Assembly (NCBI GenBank): GCA_032718475.1
Contig: JAUCBJ010006441.1
Span: 31,380 to 95,379 of the forward strand
Direction: 5' to 3'
Source of the DNA: Nemertoderma westbladi
Taxonomy: Eukaryota > Animalia > Xenacoelomorpha
DNA length: 64,000 bases
Made by a program: the position numbers and the translations under genes. The notes under the pieces were generated by a model that worked only from the letters and a program-made list of their open reading frames with translations, was not told the DNA's origin and ran no database searches. Each line of letters starts with the position of its first letter. Within the stretch, counting starts at the first letter, position 1. Below are positions 49,081-62,000 of the stretch, one piece after another.

Positions 49081-52000
49081 AAGAACCAACTACAATGCAA
49101 TACAATAAGAACCAACTACAATAAGAACCAACTACACTAAGAACCAACTACAATAAGAACCAACTACAATAAGAACCAACTACAATAAGAACCAACTACA
49201 ATAAGAACCAACTACAATAAGAACCAACTACAATAAGAACCAACTACAATAAGAACCAACTACAATGCAATACAGTAAGAACCAACTACAATGCAATACA
49301 ATAAGAACCAACTACAATGCAATACAATAAGAACCAACTACAATGCAATACAATAAGAACCAACTACAATGCAATACAATAAGAACCAACTACGATGCAA
49401 TACAATAAGAACCAACTACAATGCAATACAATAAGAACCAACTACAATGCAATACAATAAGAACCAACTACAATGCAATACAATAAGAACCAACTACAAT
49501 GCAATACAATAAGAACCAACTACAATGCAATACAATAAGAACCAACTACAATGCAATACAATAAGAACCAACTACAATAAGAACCAACTACAATAAGAAC
49601 CAACTACAATAAGAACCAACTACAATAAGAACCAACTACAATAAGAACCAACTACAATAAGAACCAACTACAATAAGAACCAACTACAATAAGAACCAAC
49701 TACAATAAGAACCAACTACAATAAGAACCAACTACAATAAGAACCAACTACAATAAGAACCAACTACAATAAGAACCAACTACAATAAGAACCAACTACA
49801 ATAAGAACCAACTACAATAAGAACCAACTACAATAAGAACCAACTACAATGCAATACAGTAAGAACCAACTACAATGCAATACAATAAGAACCAACTACA
49901 ATGCAATACAATAAGAACCAACTACAATGCAATACAATAAGAACCAACTACAATGCAATACAATAAGAACCAACTACGATGCAATACAATAAGAACCAAC
50001 TACAATGCAATACAATAAGAACCAACTACAATGCAATACAATAAGAACCAACTACAATGCAATACAATAAGAACCAACTACAATGCAATACAATAAGAAC
50101 CAACTACAATGCAATACAATAAGAACCAACTACAATGCAATACAATAAGAACCAACTACAATGCAATACAATAAGAACCAACTACAATGCAATACAATAA
50201 GAACCAACTACAATGCAATACAATAAGAACCAACTACAATGCAATACAATAAGAACCAACTACAATGCAATACAATAAGAACCAACTACAATGCAATACA
50301 ATAAGAACCAACTACAATGCAATACAATAAGAACCAACTACAATGCAATACAATAAGAACCAACTACAATGCAATACAATAAGAACCAACTACAATGCAA
50401 TACAATAAGAACCAACTACAATGCAATACAATAAGAACCAACTACAATGCAATACAATAAGAACCAACTACAATGCAATACAATAAGAACCAACTACAAT
50501 GCAATACAATAAGAACCAACTACAATGCAATACAATAAGAACCAACTACAATGCAATACAATAAGAACCAACTACAATACAATACAATAAGAACCAACTA
50601 CAATACAATACAATAAGAACCAACTACAATACAATACAATAAGAACCAACTACAATGCAATACAATAAGAACCAACTACAATGCAATACAATAAGAACCA
50701 ACTACAATGCAATACAATAAGAACCAACTACAATACAATACAATAAGAACCAACTACAATACAATACAATAAGAACCAACTACAATGCAATACAATAAGA
50801 ACCAACTACAATGCAATACAATAAGAACCAACTACAATGCAATACAATAAGAACCAACTACAATGCAATACAATAAGAACCAACTGCAATGCAATACAAT
50901 AAGAACCAACTACAATGCAATACAATAAGAACCAACTACAATGCAATACAATAAGAACCAACTACAATGCAATACAATAAGAACCAACTACAATGCAATA
51001 CAATAAGAACCAACTACAATGCAATACAATAAGAACCAACTACAATGCAATACAATAAGAACCAACTACAATGCAATACAATAAGAACCAACTACAATGC
51101 AATACAATAAGAACCAACTACAATGCAACACAATAAGAACCAACTACAATGCAATACAATAAGAACCAACTACAATGCAACACAATAAGAACCAACTACA
51201 ATGCAATACAATAAGAACCAACTACAATGCAATACAATAAGAACCAACTACAATGCAATACAATAAGAACCAACTACAATGCAATACAATAAGAACCAAC
51301 TATAATGCAATACAATAAGAACCAACTACAATGCAATACAATAAGAACCAACAACAATGCAATACAATAAGAACCAACTACAATGCAATACAATAAGAAC
51401 CAACTACAATGCAATACAATAAGAACCAACTACAATGCAATACAATAAGAACCAACTACAATACAATACAATAAGAACCAACTACAATGCAATACAATAA
51501 GAACCAACTACAATACAATACAATAAGAACCAACTACAATGCAATACAATAAGAACCAACTACAATGCAATACAATAAGAACCAACTATAATGCAATACA
51601 ATAAGAACCAACTACAATGCAATACAATAAGAACCAACTACAATGCAATACAATAAGAACCAACTACAATACAATACAATAAGAACCAACTACAATGCAA
51701 TACAATAAGAACCAACTACAATGCAATACAATAAGAACCAACTACAATACAATACAATAAGAACCAACTACAATGCAATACAATAAGAACCAACTATAAT
51801 GCAATACAATAAGAACCAACTACAATGCAATACAATAAGAACCAACTACAATGCAATACAATAAGAACCAACTACAATGCAATACAATAAGAACCAACTA
51901 CAATGCAATACAATAAGAACCAACTACAATGCAATACAATAAGAACCAACTACAATACAATACAATAAGAACCAACTACAATGCAATACAATAAGAACCA

Positions 52001-52250
52001 ACTACAATGCAATACAATAAGAACCAACTACAATGCAATACAATAAGAACCAACTACAATGCAATACAATAAGAACCAACTACAATGCAATACAATAAGA
52101 ACCAACTACAATGCAATACAATAAGAACCAACTACAATGCAATACAATAAGAACCAACTACAATGCAATACAATAAGAACCAACTACAATGCAATACAAT
52201 AAGAACCAACTACAATGCAATACAATAAGAACCAACTACAATACAATACA
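49081..52250. repeat. A/C-rich satellite of 16-bp and 26-bp units
   Basis: Units gaaccaactacaataa (16 bp) and gaaccaactacaatgcaatacaataa (26 bp). Confidence 0.97.
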
Positions 52251-52540
52251 AAGCGAATGCGGTCAATTTAAATTCATTATAAATATTAATTATTATTCTA
52301 TAGCAACAATCCCCTTTTCATTTTACCTCGTCATTGTGATCTTGTACTTACTAGTTACTACTACTGTTATTTTTTCGGTATCCAATCGCCCACTCGACTC
52401 CCATGACAGCAGAACAGGTTGGTTGACTTGTCAAGTACCTACATATACTATTTACTGTTACATATTCACCAGAAAATACCTAACTTTACTACTAACTATT
52501 TATTGCAATTATACGTTACTGGAAAGTAACCACTTTTAAT

Positions 52541-54145
52541 ATGTGCAGTAATTTAGATGAAAGCGATAGGCCGTCGTTTAGACCAGTCACTCCTTCGGAA
52601 CTACAAACACAACTTATCGAATCTCATCAACAATTGACCGATTTCAAGAACAAAGTAGAAGAAACAAAAAAGTCATACCTCAATAAAAAATGCTCGAATG
52701 AAAAACTTCGGGATAAACTCCAAGCAACAATAGATGGTAAAGACATACTACTTGAGATTCGCCATAATGAACTTGACAGTCAATTGCAGTTGATAGAGAA
52801 ACTAAGGAATTTATTGGAAACTTATGAAAACCAATGTCGATATTATATGGAGCTTCTCAACAAATCGAGGACAAATCAGCAGTACCAAGAAGCCGCAGTG
52901 GAAATGTTTGCAGAGGTCGACAATGCTATTACTACTCTTCTCAAAGAAAATATTTGGCATATTCATGAACCTCTTCCACCTTATACGACTTTGGAAACGT
53001 TGAAGGTTGCAGATAAGTTAAAAATGCTCGATCGTTTATTGGGGAAGATTGGAGGAGCTTCAGAAGATAACCGAGAACAAATAATGCAGGCACGCAACCA
53101 AGTTTCGGATTTAGAGGCAGAGAAACTTGAGATAAATAAAAAGTTTAATACCTTAGAACTTTCACTTCAGGAGTCTTCTAATGCTAGCAATATTGATGAA
53201 TTAATATTAGAACTGAAGAGGAAAGACTTTCATGTTTCTGAGCTAACTGAGCAATCTAGGGTAAATATTGAAAGATTGGATGAATCAGAAAAGAGCAACA
53301 TTGAGCTGATGAAAAAGTGTTCAGAAGTTTCATCGCATTTGGAAGACAAAGAGAAGGAATTGAAAGTAGAAACAAATCGACAACAAGAAATGGTTGAATC
53401 GCATAATAAATTAATGAAAAATGTTGAGGATGGAAAAATAAAGAGCAGCTTAACATTGAGGCAACGGAATATCGAAGCGAAGGAAGCTATAGAAAGATCG
53501 GAAGATATTGAACGTGATGTTAGAGTGGAAAGAAATAAAGCGTCGCTGTTAGAAAATAATTATTTCGAGTTGAATTCACGAAGAGATAAGGATATGGCTG
53601 AAACCAAGAACGTAATTGCAAGAGAGAAGCAAGAAATTCTAAATAAGGAAGTTACACGTTTATCTAAACAGCTGAATGATCAGGAAGTTAAAGCTAATGA
53701 GAGTTTTGCTAAAATTTCAGATAAAGACAAAGAATTACAAGAAAATGAACAACGATTACTAAACTTAATCAATGTTGCTGATTCGAAACAGACGTTGTTG
53801 GACTCAAGTCAAACGCAGCTAAATGAGATGAAGGTAGTTGTGGAAGCTAGAGGTGAGGAATCTTCTCGATTACGTGAACTAGTGGCTCAGTACAAAGACC
53901 TGTCTGATACGGCTGGACAGGATGCTGATGAACTTCGGAGGGCAAATGAAGAAAGGCAGACTCTTCTGACTCGTTTAGAGACCGAAGTTGACCTACGTGA
54001 ACAACAACAAGAGGATCTCAGGAGTGCCTGCTACTACCACGCCATGGCATTGAAAGAAACTCGCAACTGGTTTTACGAAAAAATGACACCCCCTGATCAA
54101 CTACGTTCTTACAGCAATCATAGTCCACCTCAACCAGATAGGTAA
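52541..54145 (+). CDS. Uninterrupted 534-aa coiled-coil-rich protein of unknown function
   Basis: ATG-initiated open ORF with non-repetitive DNA and an E/K/L/Q/N-rich heptad-like composition. No recognised catalytic motif. Confidence 0.6.
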   Translation: MCSNLDESDRPSFRPVTPSELQTQLIESHQQLTDFKNKVEETKKSYLNKKCSNEKLRDKLQATIDGKDILLEIRHNELDSQLQLIEKLRNLLETYENQCRYYMELLNKSRTNQQYQEAAVEMFAEVDNAITTLLKENIWHIHEPLPPYTTLETLKVADKLKMLDRLLGKIGGASEDNREQIMQARNQVSDLEAEKLEINKKFNTLELSLQESSNASNIDELILELKRKDFHVSELTEQSRVNIERLDESEKSNIELMKKCSEVSSHLEDKEKELKVETNRQQEMVESHNKLMKNVEDGKIKSSLTLRQRNIEAKEAIERSEDIERDVRVERNKASLLENNYFELNSRRDKDMAETKNVIAREKQEILNKEVTRLSKQLNDQEVKANESFAKISDKDKELQENEQRLLNLINVADSKQTLLDSSQTQLNEMKVVVEARGEESSRLRELVAQYKDLSDTAGQDADELRRANEERQTLLTRLETEVDLREQQQEDLRSACYYHAMALKETRNWFYEKMTPPDQLRSYSNHSPPQPDR

Positions 54146-54675
54146 CGTGGGATGCATCATAATTTATATTGACTGTATGTGTACAGTAATGTGGAGTTTA
54201 AGTAAATAATGCCATTGTACAACAACAACTGTACATACAACTGTATGAATGAAACGGAACAACTACATTATTATTTGCTGCCTATGATTACGTTATCCGT
54301 CATCTGCCGGTTTTGAAGTAGGACTCCAACAACTATGGTAAGTGCGGGTTCACACATTTCACCACGGATCATTATTGTTCTTCTTTCCATTGGTCTGTTG
54401 GTGGGTTAAAGTCGGCAGGCAGGGGAGGGGGGTGGTTGGATAGGATATCTGTGGGTTGTTAAATTAAAAATTAAAACATAACAAGTTCAACACCATCGAT
54501 GTCAGCCCGAGCCAGATTTTTGATGTTGCCTTTGCTTTGCATTCAGAATAATGGAATTAATAAAATTCAATTGTTATTATCATTCGAAACGTTACGTTGC
54601 AACGATTCAAAATTCAACATCTTTTTATTCCAGATCTTAACAGTTATTTTGCCTTAGAATTTGGATAATTAATGT

Positions 54676-56002
54676 GGACATGTATAGGATACAGAGAGTC
54701 CCACAAGAAATGAAAAAAATAAGTTGATGCCAGTTCCCAAGAAGGGTAAACTAATACTCTATAGATCGTTTCGTGGAATCTTGTTAATCTCGATTGCTGC
54801 AAATGTATACAATAGAATTATATTAAATCGCATCAGGGATCCCATTGAGAGACTGCTTCGTGGAAATCAGAATGGGTTCCATAAAGGTCGTGGGACCATG
54901 AAATCCATTTTGGCACTTAGAAGGATAATTGAAGAGTTATCAAAAAAGAAAGACAGGCATCTGGCTGTTATCTTTGTTGCAAGGCCTATGATTCAGTCTC
55001 TCGGTCACGTATGTTCAGCATGCTTTCATTATATGGGATTCCTGATAAAATTATTGCAGCAATCAGATCAGTATACGATGGTTCGACAGCATTTGTAGCT
55101 ACTGTTGATGGTGACACAGAACCATTTGAAGTGTTATGGAGAGTCCTCCAGGGAGACACACTTGCGCCATTCTTGTTCATAATAATTGTGGTTGACTATG
55201 TTCTACGCATGTCTGTAGATCATCATAATGATGATGGGGTGATGGTAACTCCACCTACTGGCTCCAGAAGTCGAGGAAATCCTGCCAAGTACCTAACTGA
55301 TCTAGACTTTGCTGATGACTTAGGAGTACTCTCAGAATCATTAGAGGGAGCCCAACGGCTCCTCAGCTCATTATAACATGCTGCTTCTAGTGTTGGTCTT
55401 TTTATTAACTCCAGAAAGACCAAAATTATGACAGTTAACTTTGAAAGTTAACTTCTGACCGGATGAGCATAAGGTCACAGGATGGTATGCTTAATCATGT
55501 GGACAACTTATGTTACCTGGGATCATGGATCCGGAAGTCAGGTGTCAGGTGAGAACCTTCGAATACGTAAGGGAAAGGCATGGGCAGCCTTGAATAGGCT
55601 TTCCAGGATTTGGAAGTCACATAGAATTAATCGGAAACTTAAGGTCCGGTTACGCCGGGTTCACTGTGTAAGTACAATGCACACATCTACTACTATATAA
55701 CATTGGAGGTGTCTCATTGGTTCCCCCAAGCCTGACACTAGAACAAAGCCGCCACCGCTTTGCAGGACATTGCTTACGCCGTGATGACCAGCCAGTGCAT
55801 AATCTTGTGCTTTGGCAGCCTCATGGAGTGAATAAGCATGGTGGACAGCCCATTACATTCTTGAGACGCATCTTAAAGGACACTGGCCTTGAAGATGCTG
55901 ATGATCTAGCTAATGTCATGGGTAATAGGGAGTTGTGGCGGCGCAATTTTGTCGACAAGCCGGCACAACATTCTTAAAATGCAGCATGCCGTTCCTAGTA
56001 GT
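54676..56002 (+). mobile_element. Decayed 5'-truncated RTE family 2 copy
   Basis: Colinear with 32865-34325, with frameshifts and deletions. Ends DKPAQHS-stop followed by a tagtagt tail. Confidence 0.93.
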
Positions 56003-56035
56003 ACTACTACTAGGATCGTCATGCTGCATTGCTGC

Positions 56036-59000
56036 GTTACAGTGCGCCTAATATAGGTTACAGTGCGCCTAATATAGGTTACAGTGCGCCTATAGGTTAC
56101 AGTGCGCCTATAGGTTACAGTGCGCCTAATATAGGTTACAGTGCGCCTAATATAGGTTACAGTGCGCCTAATATAGGTTACAGTGCGCCTAATATAGGTT
56201 ACAGTGCGCCTAATATAGGTTACAGTGCGCCTAATATAGGTTACAGTGCGCCTAATATAGGTTACAGTGCGCCTAATATAGGTTACAGTGCGCCTAATAT
56301 AGGTTACAGTGCGCCTAATATAGGTTACAGTGTGCCTATAGGTTACAGTGCGCCTAATATAGGTTACAGTGCGCCTAATATAGGTTACAGTGCGCCTAAT
56401 ATAGGTTACAGTGCGCCTAATATAGGTTACAGTGCGCCTAATATAGGTTACAGTGTGCCTATAGGTTACAGTGCGCCTAATATAGGTTACAGTGCGCCTA
56501 ATATAGGTTACAGTGTGCCTATAGGTTACAGTGCGCCTAATATAGGTTACAGTGGCCTAATATAGGTTACAGTGCGCCTAATATAGGTTACAGTGCGCCT
56601 AATATAGGTTACAGTGCGCCTAATATAGGTTACAGTGTGCCTATAGGTTACAGTGCGCCTAATATAGGTTACAGTGCGCCTAATATAGGTTACAGTGCGC
56701 CTAATATAGGTTACAGTGCGCCTATAGGTTACAGTGCGCCTAATATAGGTTACAGTGCGCCTAATATAGGTTACAGTGCGCCTAATACAGGTTACAGTGC
56801 GCCTATAGGTTACAGTGCGCCTATAGGTTACAGTGCGCCTAATATAGGTTACAGTGCGCCTAATATAGGTTACAGTGCGCCTATAGGTTACAGTGCGCCT
56901 AATATAGGTTACAGTGCGCCTAATATAGGTTACAGTGCGCCTAATATAGGTTACAGTGCGCCTAATATAGGTTACAGTCCACCTATAGGTTACAGTCCAC
57001 CTATAGGTTACAGTGCGCCTAATATAGGTTACAGTGCGCCTATAGGTTACAGTGCGCCTAATATAGGTTACAGTGCGCCTATAGGTTACAGTGCGCCTAA
57101 TATAGGTTACAGTGCGCCTAATATAGGTTACAGTGCGCCTAATATAGGTTACAGTGCGCCTATAGGTTACAGTGCGCCTAATATAGGTTACAGTGCGCCT
57201 ATAGGTTACAGTGCGCCTAATATAGGTTACAGTGCGCCTAATATAGGTTACAGTGTGCCTATAGGTTACAGTGCGCCTAATATAGGTTACAGTGCGCCTA
57301 ATATAGGTTACAGTGCGCCTAATATAGGTTGCAGTGCGCCTATAGGTTACAGTGCGCCTAATATAGGTTACAGTGCGCCTAATATAGGTTACAGTGCGCC
57401 TATAGGTTACAGTGCGCCTAATATAGGTTACAGTGCGCCTAATATAGGTTACAGTGCGCCTAATATAGGTTACAGTGCGCCTAATATAGGTTACAGTGCG
57501 CCTATAGGTTACAGTGCGCCTATAGGTTACAGTGCGCCTAATATAGGTTACAGTGCGCCTAATATAGGTTACAGTGCGCCTAATATAGGTTACAGTGCGC
57601 CTAATATAGGTTACAGTGCGCCTAATATAGGTTACAGTGCGCCTATAGGTTACAGTGCGCCTAATATAGGTTACAGTGCGCCTAATATAGGTTACAGTGC
57701 GCCTAATATAGGTTACAGTCCACCTATAGGTTACAGTCCACCTATAGGTTACAGTGCGCCTAATATAGGTTACAGTGCGCCTATAGGTTACAGTGCGCCT
57801 AATATAGGTTACAGTTCGCCTATAGGTTACAGTGCGCCTAATATAGGTTACAGTGCGCCTAATATAGGTTACAGTGCGCCTATAGGTTACAGTGCGCCTA
57901 ATATAGGTTACAGTGCGCCTAATATAGGTTACAGTGCGCCTAATATAGGTTACAGTCCACCTATAGGTTACAGTCCACCTATAGGTTACAGTGCGCCTAT
58001 AGGTTACAGTGCGCCTAATATAGGTTACAGTGCGCCTAATATAGGTTACAGTCCACCTATAGGTTACAGTCCACCTATAGGTTACAGTGCGCCTAATATA
58101 GGTTACAGTCCACCTATAGGTTACAGTCCACCTATAGGTTACAGTGCGCCTATAGGTTACAGTGCGCCTAATATAGGTTACAGTGCGCCTAATATCGGTT
58201 ACAGTCCACCTATAGGTTACAGTGCGCCTAATATAGGTTACAGTGCGCCTATAGGTTACAGTGCGCCTATAGGTTACAGTGCGCCTAATATAGGTTACAG
58301 TGCGCCTATAGGTTACAGTGCGCCTATAGGTTACAGTGCGCCTATAGGTTACAGTGCGCCTAATATAGGTTACAGTGCGCCTATAGGTTACAGTGCGCCT
58401 ATAGGTTACAGTGCGCCTAATATAGGTTACAGTGCGCCTATAGGTTACAGTGCGCCTAATATAGGTTACAGTGCGCCTAATATAGGTTATAGTCCACCTA
58501 TAGGTTACAGTCCACCTATAGGTTACAGTGCGCCTAATATAGGTTACAGTGCGCCTATAGGTTACAGTGCGCCTAATATAGGTTACAGTGCGCCTATAGG
58601 TTACAGTGCGCCTATAGGTTACAGTGCGCCTAATATAGGTTACAGTGCGCCTAATATAGGTTACAGTGCGCCTATAGGTTACAGTGCGCCTAATATAGGT
58701 TACAGTGCGCCTATAGGTTACAGTGCGCCTATAGGTTACAGTGCGCCTAATATAGGTTACAGTGCGCCTATAGGTTACAGTGCGCCTATAGGTTACAGTG
58801 CGCCTATAGGTTACAGTGCGCCTAATATAGGTTACAGTGCGCCTATAGGTTACAGTGCGCCTATAGGTTACAGTGCGCCTAATATAGGTTACAGTGCGCC
58901 TATAGGTTACAGTGCGCCTAATATAGGTTACAGTGCGCCTAATATAGGTTATAGTCCACCTATAGGTTACAGTCCACCTATAGGTTACAGTGCGCCTAAT

Positions 59001-62000
59001 ATAGGTTACAGTGCGCCTATAGGTTACAGTGCGCCTAATATAGGTTACAGTGCGCCTATAGGTTACAGTGCGCCTAATATAGGTTACAGTGCGCCTAATA
59101 TAGGTTACAGTGCGCCTATAGGTTACAGTGCGCCTAATATAGGTTACAGTGCGCCTATAGGTTACAGTGCGCCTATAGGTTACAGTGCGCCTAATATAGG
59201 TTACAGTGCGCCTAATATAGGTTACAGTGCGCCTATAGGTTACAGTGCGCCTAATATAGGTTACAGTGCGCCTAATATAGGTTACAGTGCGCCTAATATA
59301 GGTTACAGTCCACCTATAGGTTACAGTCCACCTATAGGTTACAGTGCGCCTAATATAGGTTACAGTGCGCCTATAGGTTACAGTGCGCCTAATATAGGTT
59401 ACAGTGCGCCTAATATAGGTTACAGTGCGCCTAATATAGGTTACAGTGCGCCTAATATAGGTTACAGTGCGCCTATAGGTTACAGTGCGCCTAATATAGG
59501 TTACAGTGCGCCTAATATAGGTTACAGTGCGCCTAATATAGGTTACAGTGCGCCTAATATAGGTTACAGTGTGCCTATAGGTTACAGTGCGCCTAATATA
59601 GGTTACAGTGCGCCTATAGGTTACAGTGCGCCTATAGGTTACAGTGCGCCTAATATAGGTTACAGTGCGCCTAATATAGGTTACAGTCCACCTATAGGTT
59701 ACAGTCCACCTATAGGTTACAGTGCGCCTAATATAGGTTACAGTGCGCCTAATATAGGTTACAGTCCACCTATAGGTTACAGTCCACCTATAGGTTACAG
59801 TGCGCCTATAGGTTACAGTGCGCCTAATATAGGTTACAGTGCGCCTAATATCGGTTACAGTCCACCTATAGGTTACAGTGCGCCTAATATAGGTTACAGT
59901 GCGCCTATAGGTTACAGTGCGCCTATAGGTTACAGTGCGCCTAATATAGGTTACAGTGCGCCTATAGGTTACAGTGCGCCTATAGGTTACAGTGCGCCTA
60001 TAGGTTACAGTGCGCCTAATATAGGTTACAGTGCGCCTATAGGTTACAGTGCGCCTATAGGTTACAGTGCGCCTAATATAGGTTACAGTGCGCCTATAGG
60101 TTACAGTGCGCCTATAGGTTACAGTGCGCCTAATATAGGTTACAGTGCGCCTATAGGTTACAGTGCGCCTATAGGTTACAGTGCGCCTAATATAGGTTAC
60201 AGTGCGCCTATAGGTTACAGTGCGCCTAATATAGGTTACAGTGCGCCTAATATAGGTTATAGTCCACCTATAGGTTACAGTCCACCTATAGGTTACAGTG
60301 CGCCTAATATAGGTTACAGTGCGCCTATAGGTTACAGTGCGCCTAATATAGGTTACAGTGCGCCTATAGGTTACAGTGCGCCTATAGGTTACAGTGCGCC
60401 TAATATAGGTTACAGTGCGCCTAATATAGGTTACAGTGCGCCTATAGGTTACAGTGCGCCTAATATAGGTTACAGTGCGCCTATAGGTTACAGTGCGCCT
60501 ATAGGTTACAGTGCGCCTAATATAGGTTACAGTGCGCCTATAGGTTACAGTGCGCCTATAGGTTACAGTGCGCCTATAGGTTACAGTGCGCCTAATATAG
60601 GTTACAGTGCGCCTATAGGTTACAGTGCGCCTATAGGTTACAGTGCGCCTAATATAGGTTACAGTGCGCCTATAGGTTACAGTGCGCCTAATATAGGTTA
60701 CAGTGCGCCTAATATAGGTTATAGTCCACCTATAGGTTACAGTCCACCTATAGGTTACAGTGCGCCTAATATAGGTTACAGTGCGCCTATAGGTTACAGT
60801 GCGCCTAATATAGGTTACAGTGCGCCTATAGGTTACAGTGCGCCTAATATAGGTTACAGTGCGCCTATAGGTTACAGTGCGCCTAATATAGGTTACAGTG
60901 CGCCTATAGGTTACAGTGGCCTATAGGTTACAGTGCGCCTATAGGTTACAGTGCGCCTAATATAGGTTACAGTGCGCCTATAGGTTACAGTGCGCCTATA
61001 GGTTACAGTGCGCCTAATATAGGTTACAGTGCGCCTAATATAGGTTACAGTGCGCCTATAGGTTACAGTGCGCCTAATATAGGTTACAGTGCGCCTAATA
61101 TAGGTTACAGTGCGCCTAATATAGGTTACAGTGCGCCTAATATAGGTTACAGTGCGCCTATAGGTTACAGTGCGCCTATAGGTTACAGTGCGCCTAATAT
61201 AGGTTACAGTGCGCCTAATATAGGTTACAGTGCGCCTAATATAGGTTACAGTGCGCCTAATATAGGTTACAGTGCGCCTAATATAGGTTACAGTGCGCCT
61301 ATAGGTTACAGTGCGCCTAATATAGGTTACAGTGCGCCTAATATAGGTTACAGTGCGCCTAATATAGGTTACAGTCCACCTATAGGTTACAGTCCACCTA
61401 TAGGTTACAGTGCGCCTAATATAGGTTACAGTGCGCCTATAGGTTACAGTGCGCCTAATATAGGTTACAGTCGCCTATAGGTTACAGTGCGCCTAATATA
61501 GGTTACAGTGCGCCTAATATAGGTTACAGTGCGCCTATAGGTTACAGTGCGCCTATAGGTTACAGTGCGCCTAATATAGGTTACAGTGCGCCTAATATAG
61601 GTTACAGTCCACCTATAGGTTACAGTCCACCTATAGGTTACAGTGCGCCTATAGGTTACAGTGCGCCTAATATAGGTTACAGTGCGCCTAATATACGGTT
61701 ACAGTCCACCTATAGGTTACAGTGCGCCTAATATAGGTTACAGTCCACCTATAGGTTACAGTCCACCTATAGGTTACAGTGCGCCTATAGGTTACAGTGC
61801 GCCTAATATAGGTTACAGTGCGCCTAATATCGGTTACAGTGCGCCTATAGGTTACAGTGCGCCTAATATAGGTTACAGTGCGCCTATAGGTTACAGTGCG
61901 CCTATAGGTTACAGTGCGCCTAATATAGGTTACAGTGCGCCTATAGGTTACAGTGCGCCTATAGGTTACAGTGCGCCTATAGGTTACAGTGCGCCTAATA

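Noticed and set aside
56637-60926. 1429-aa IGYSAPN protein as a real CDS
   Set aside because: No ATG start, signal peptide or unique domain. Codons are nearly invariant and there are 1-bp frameshifts near 56555, 60918 and 61471. Kept only as a low-probability note.
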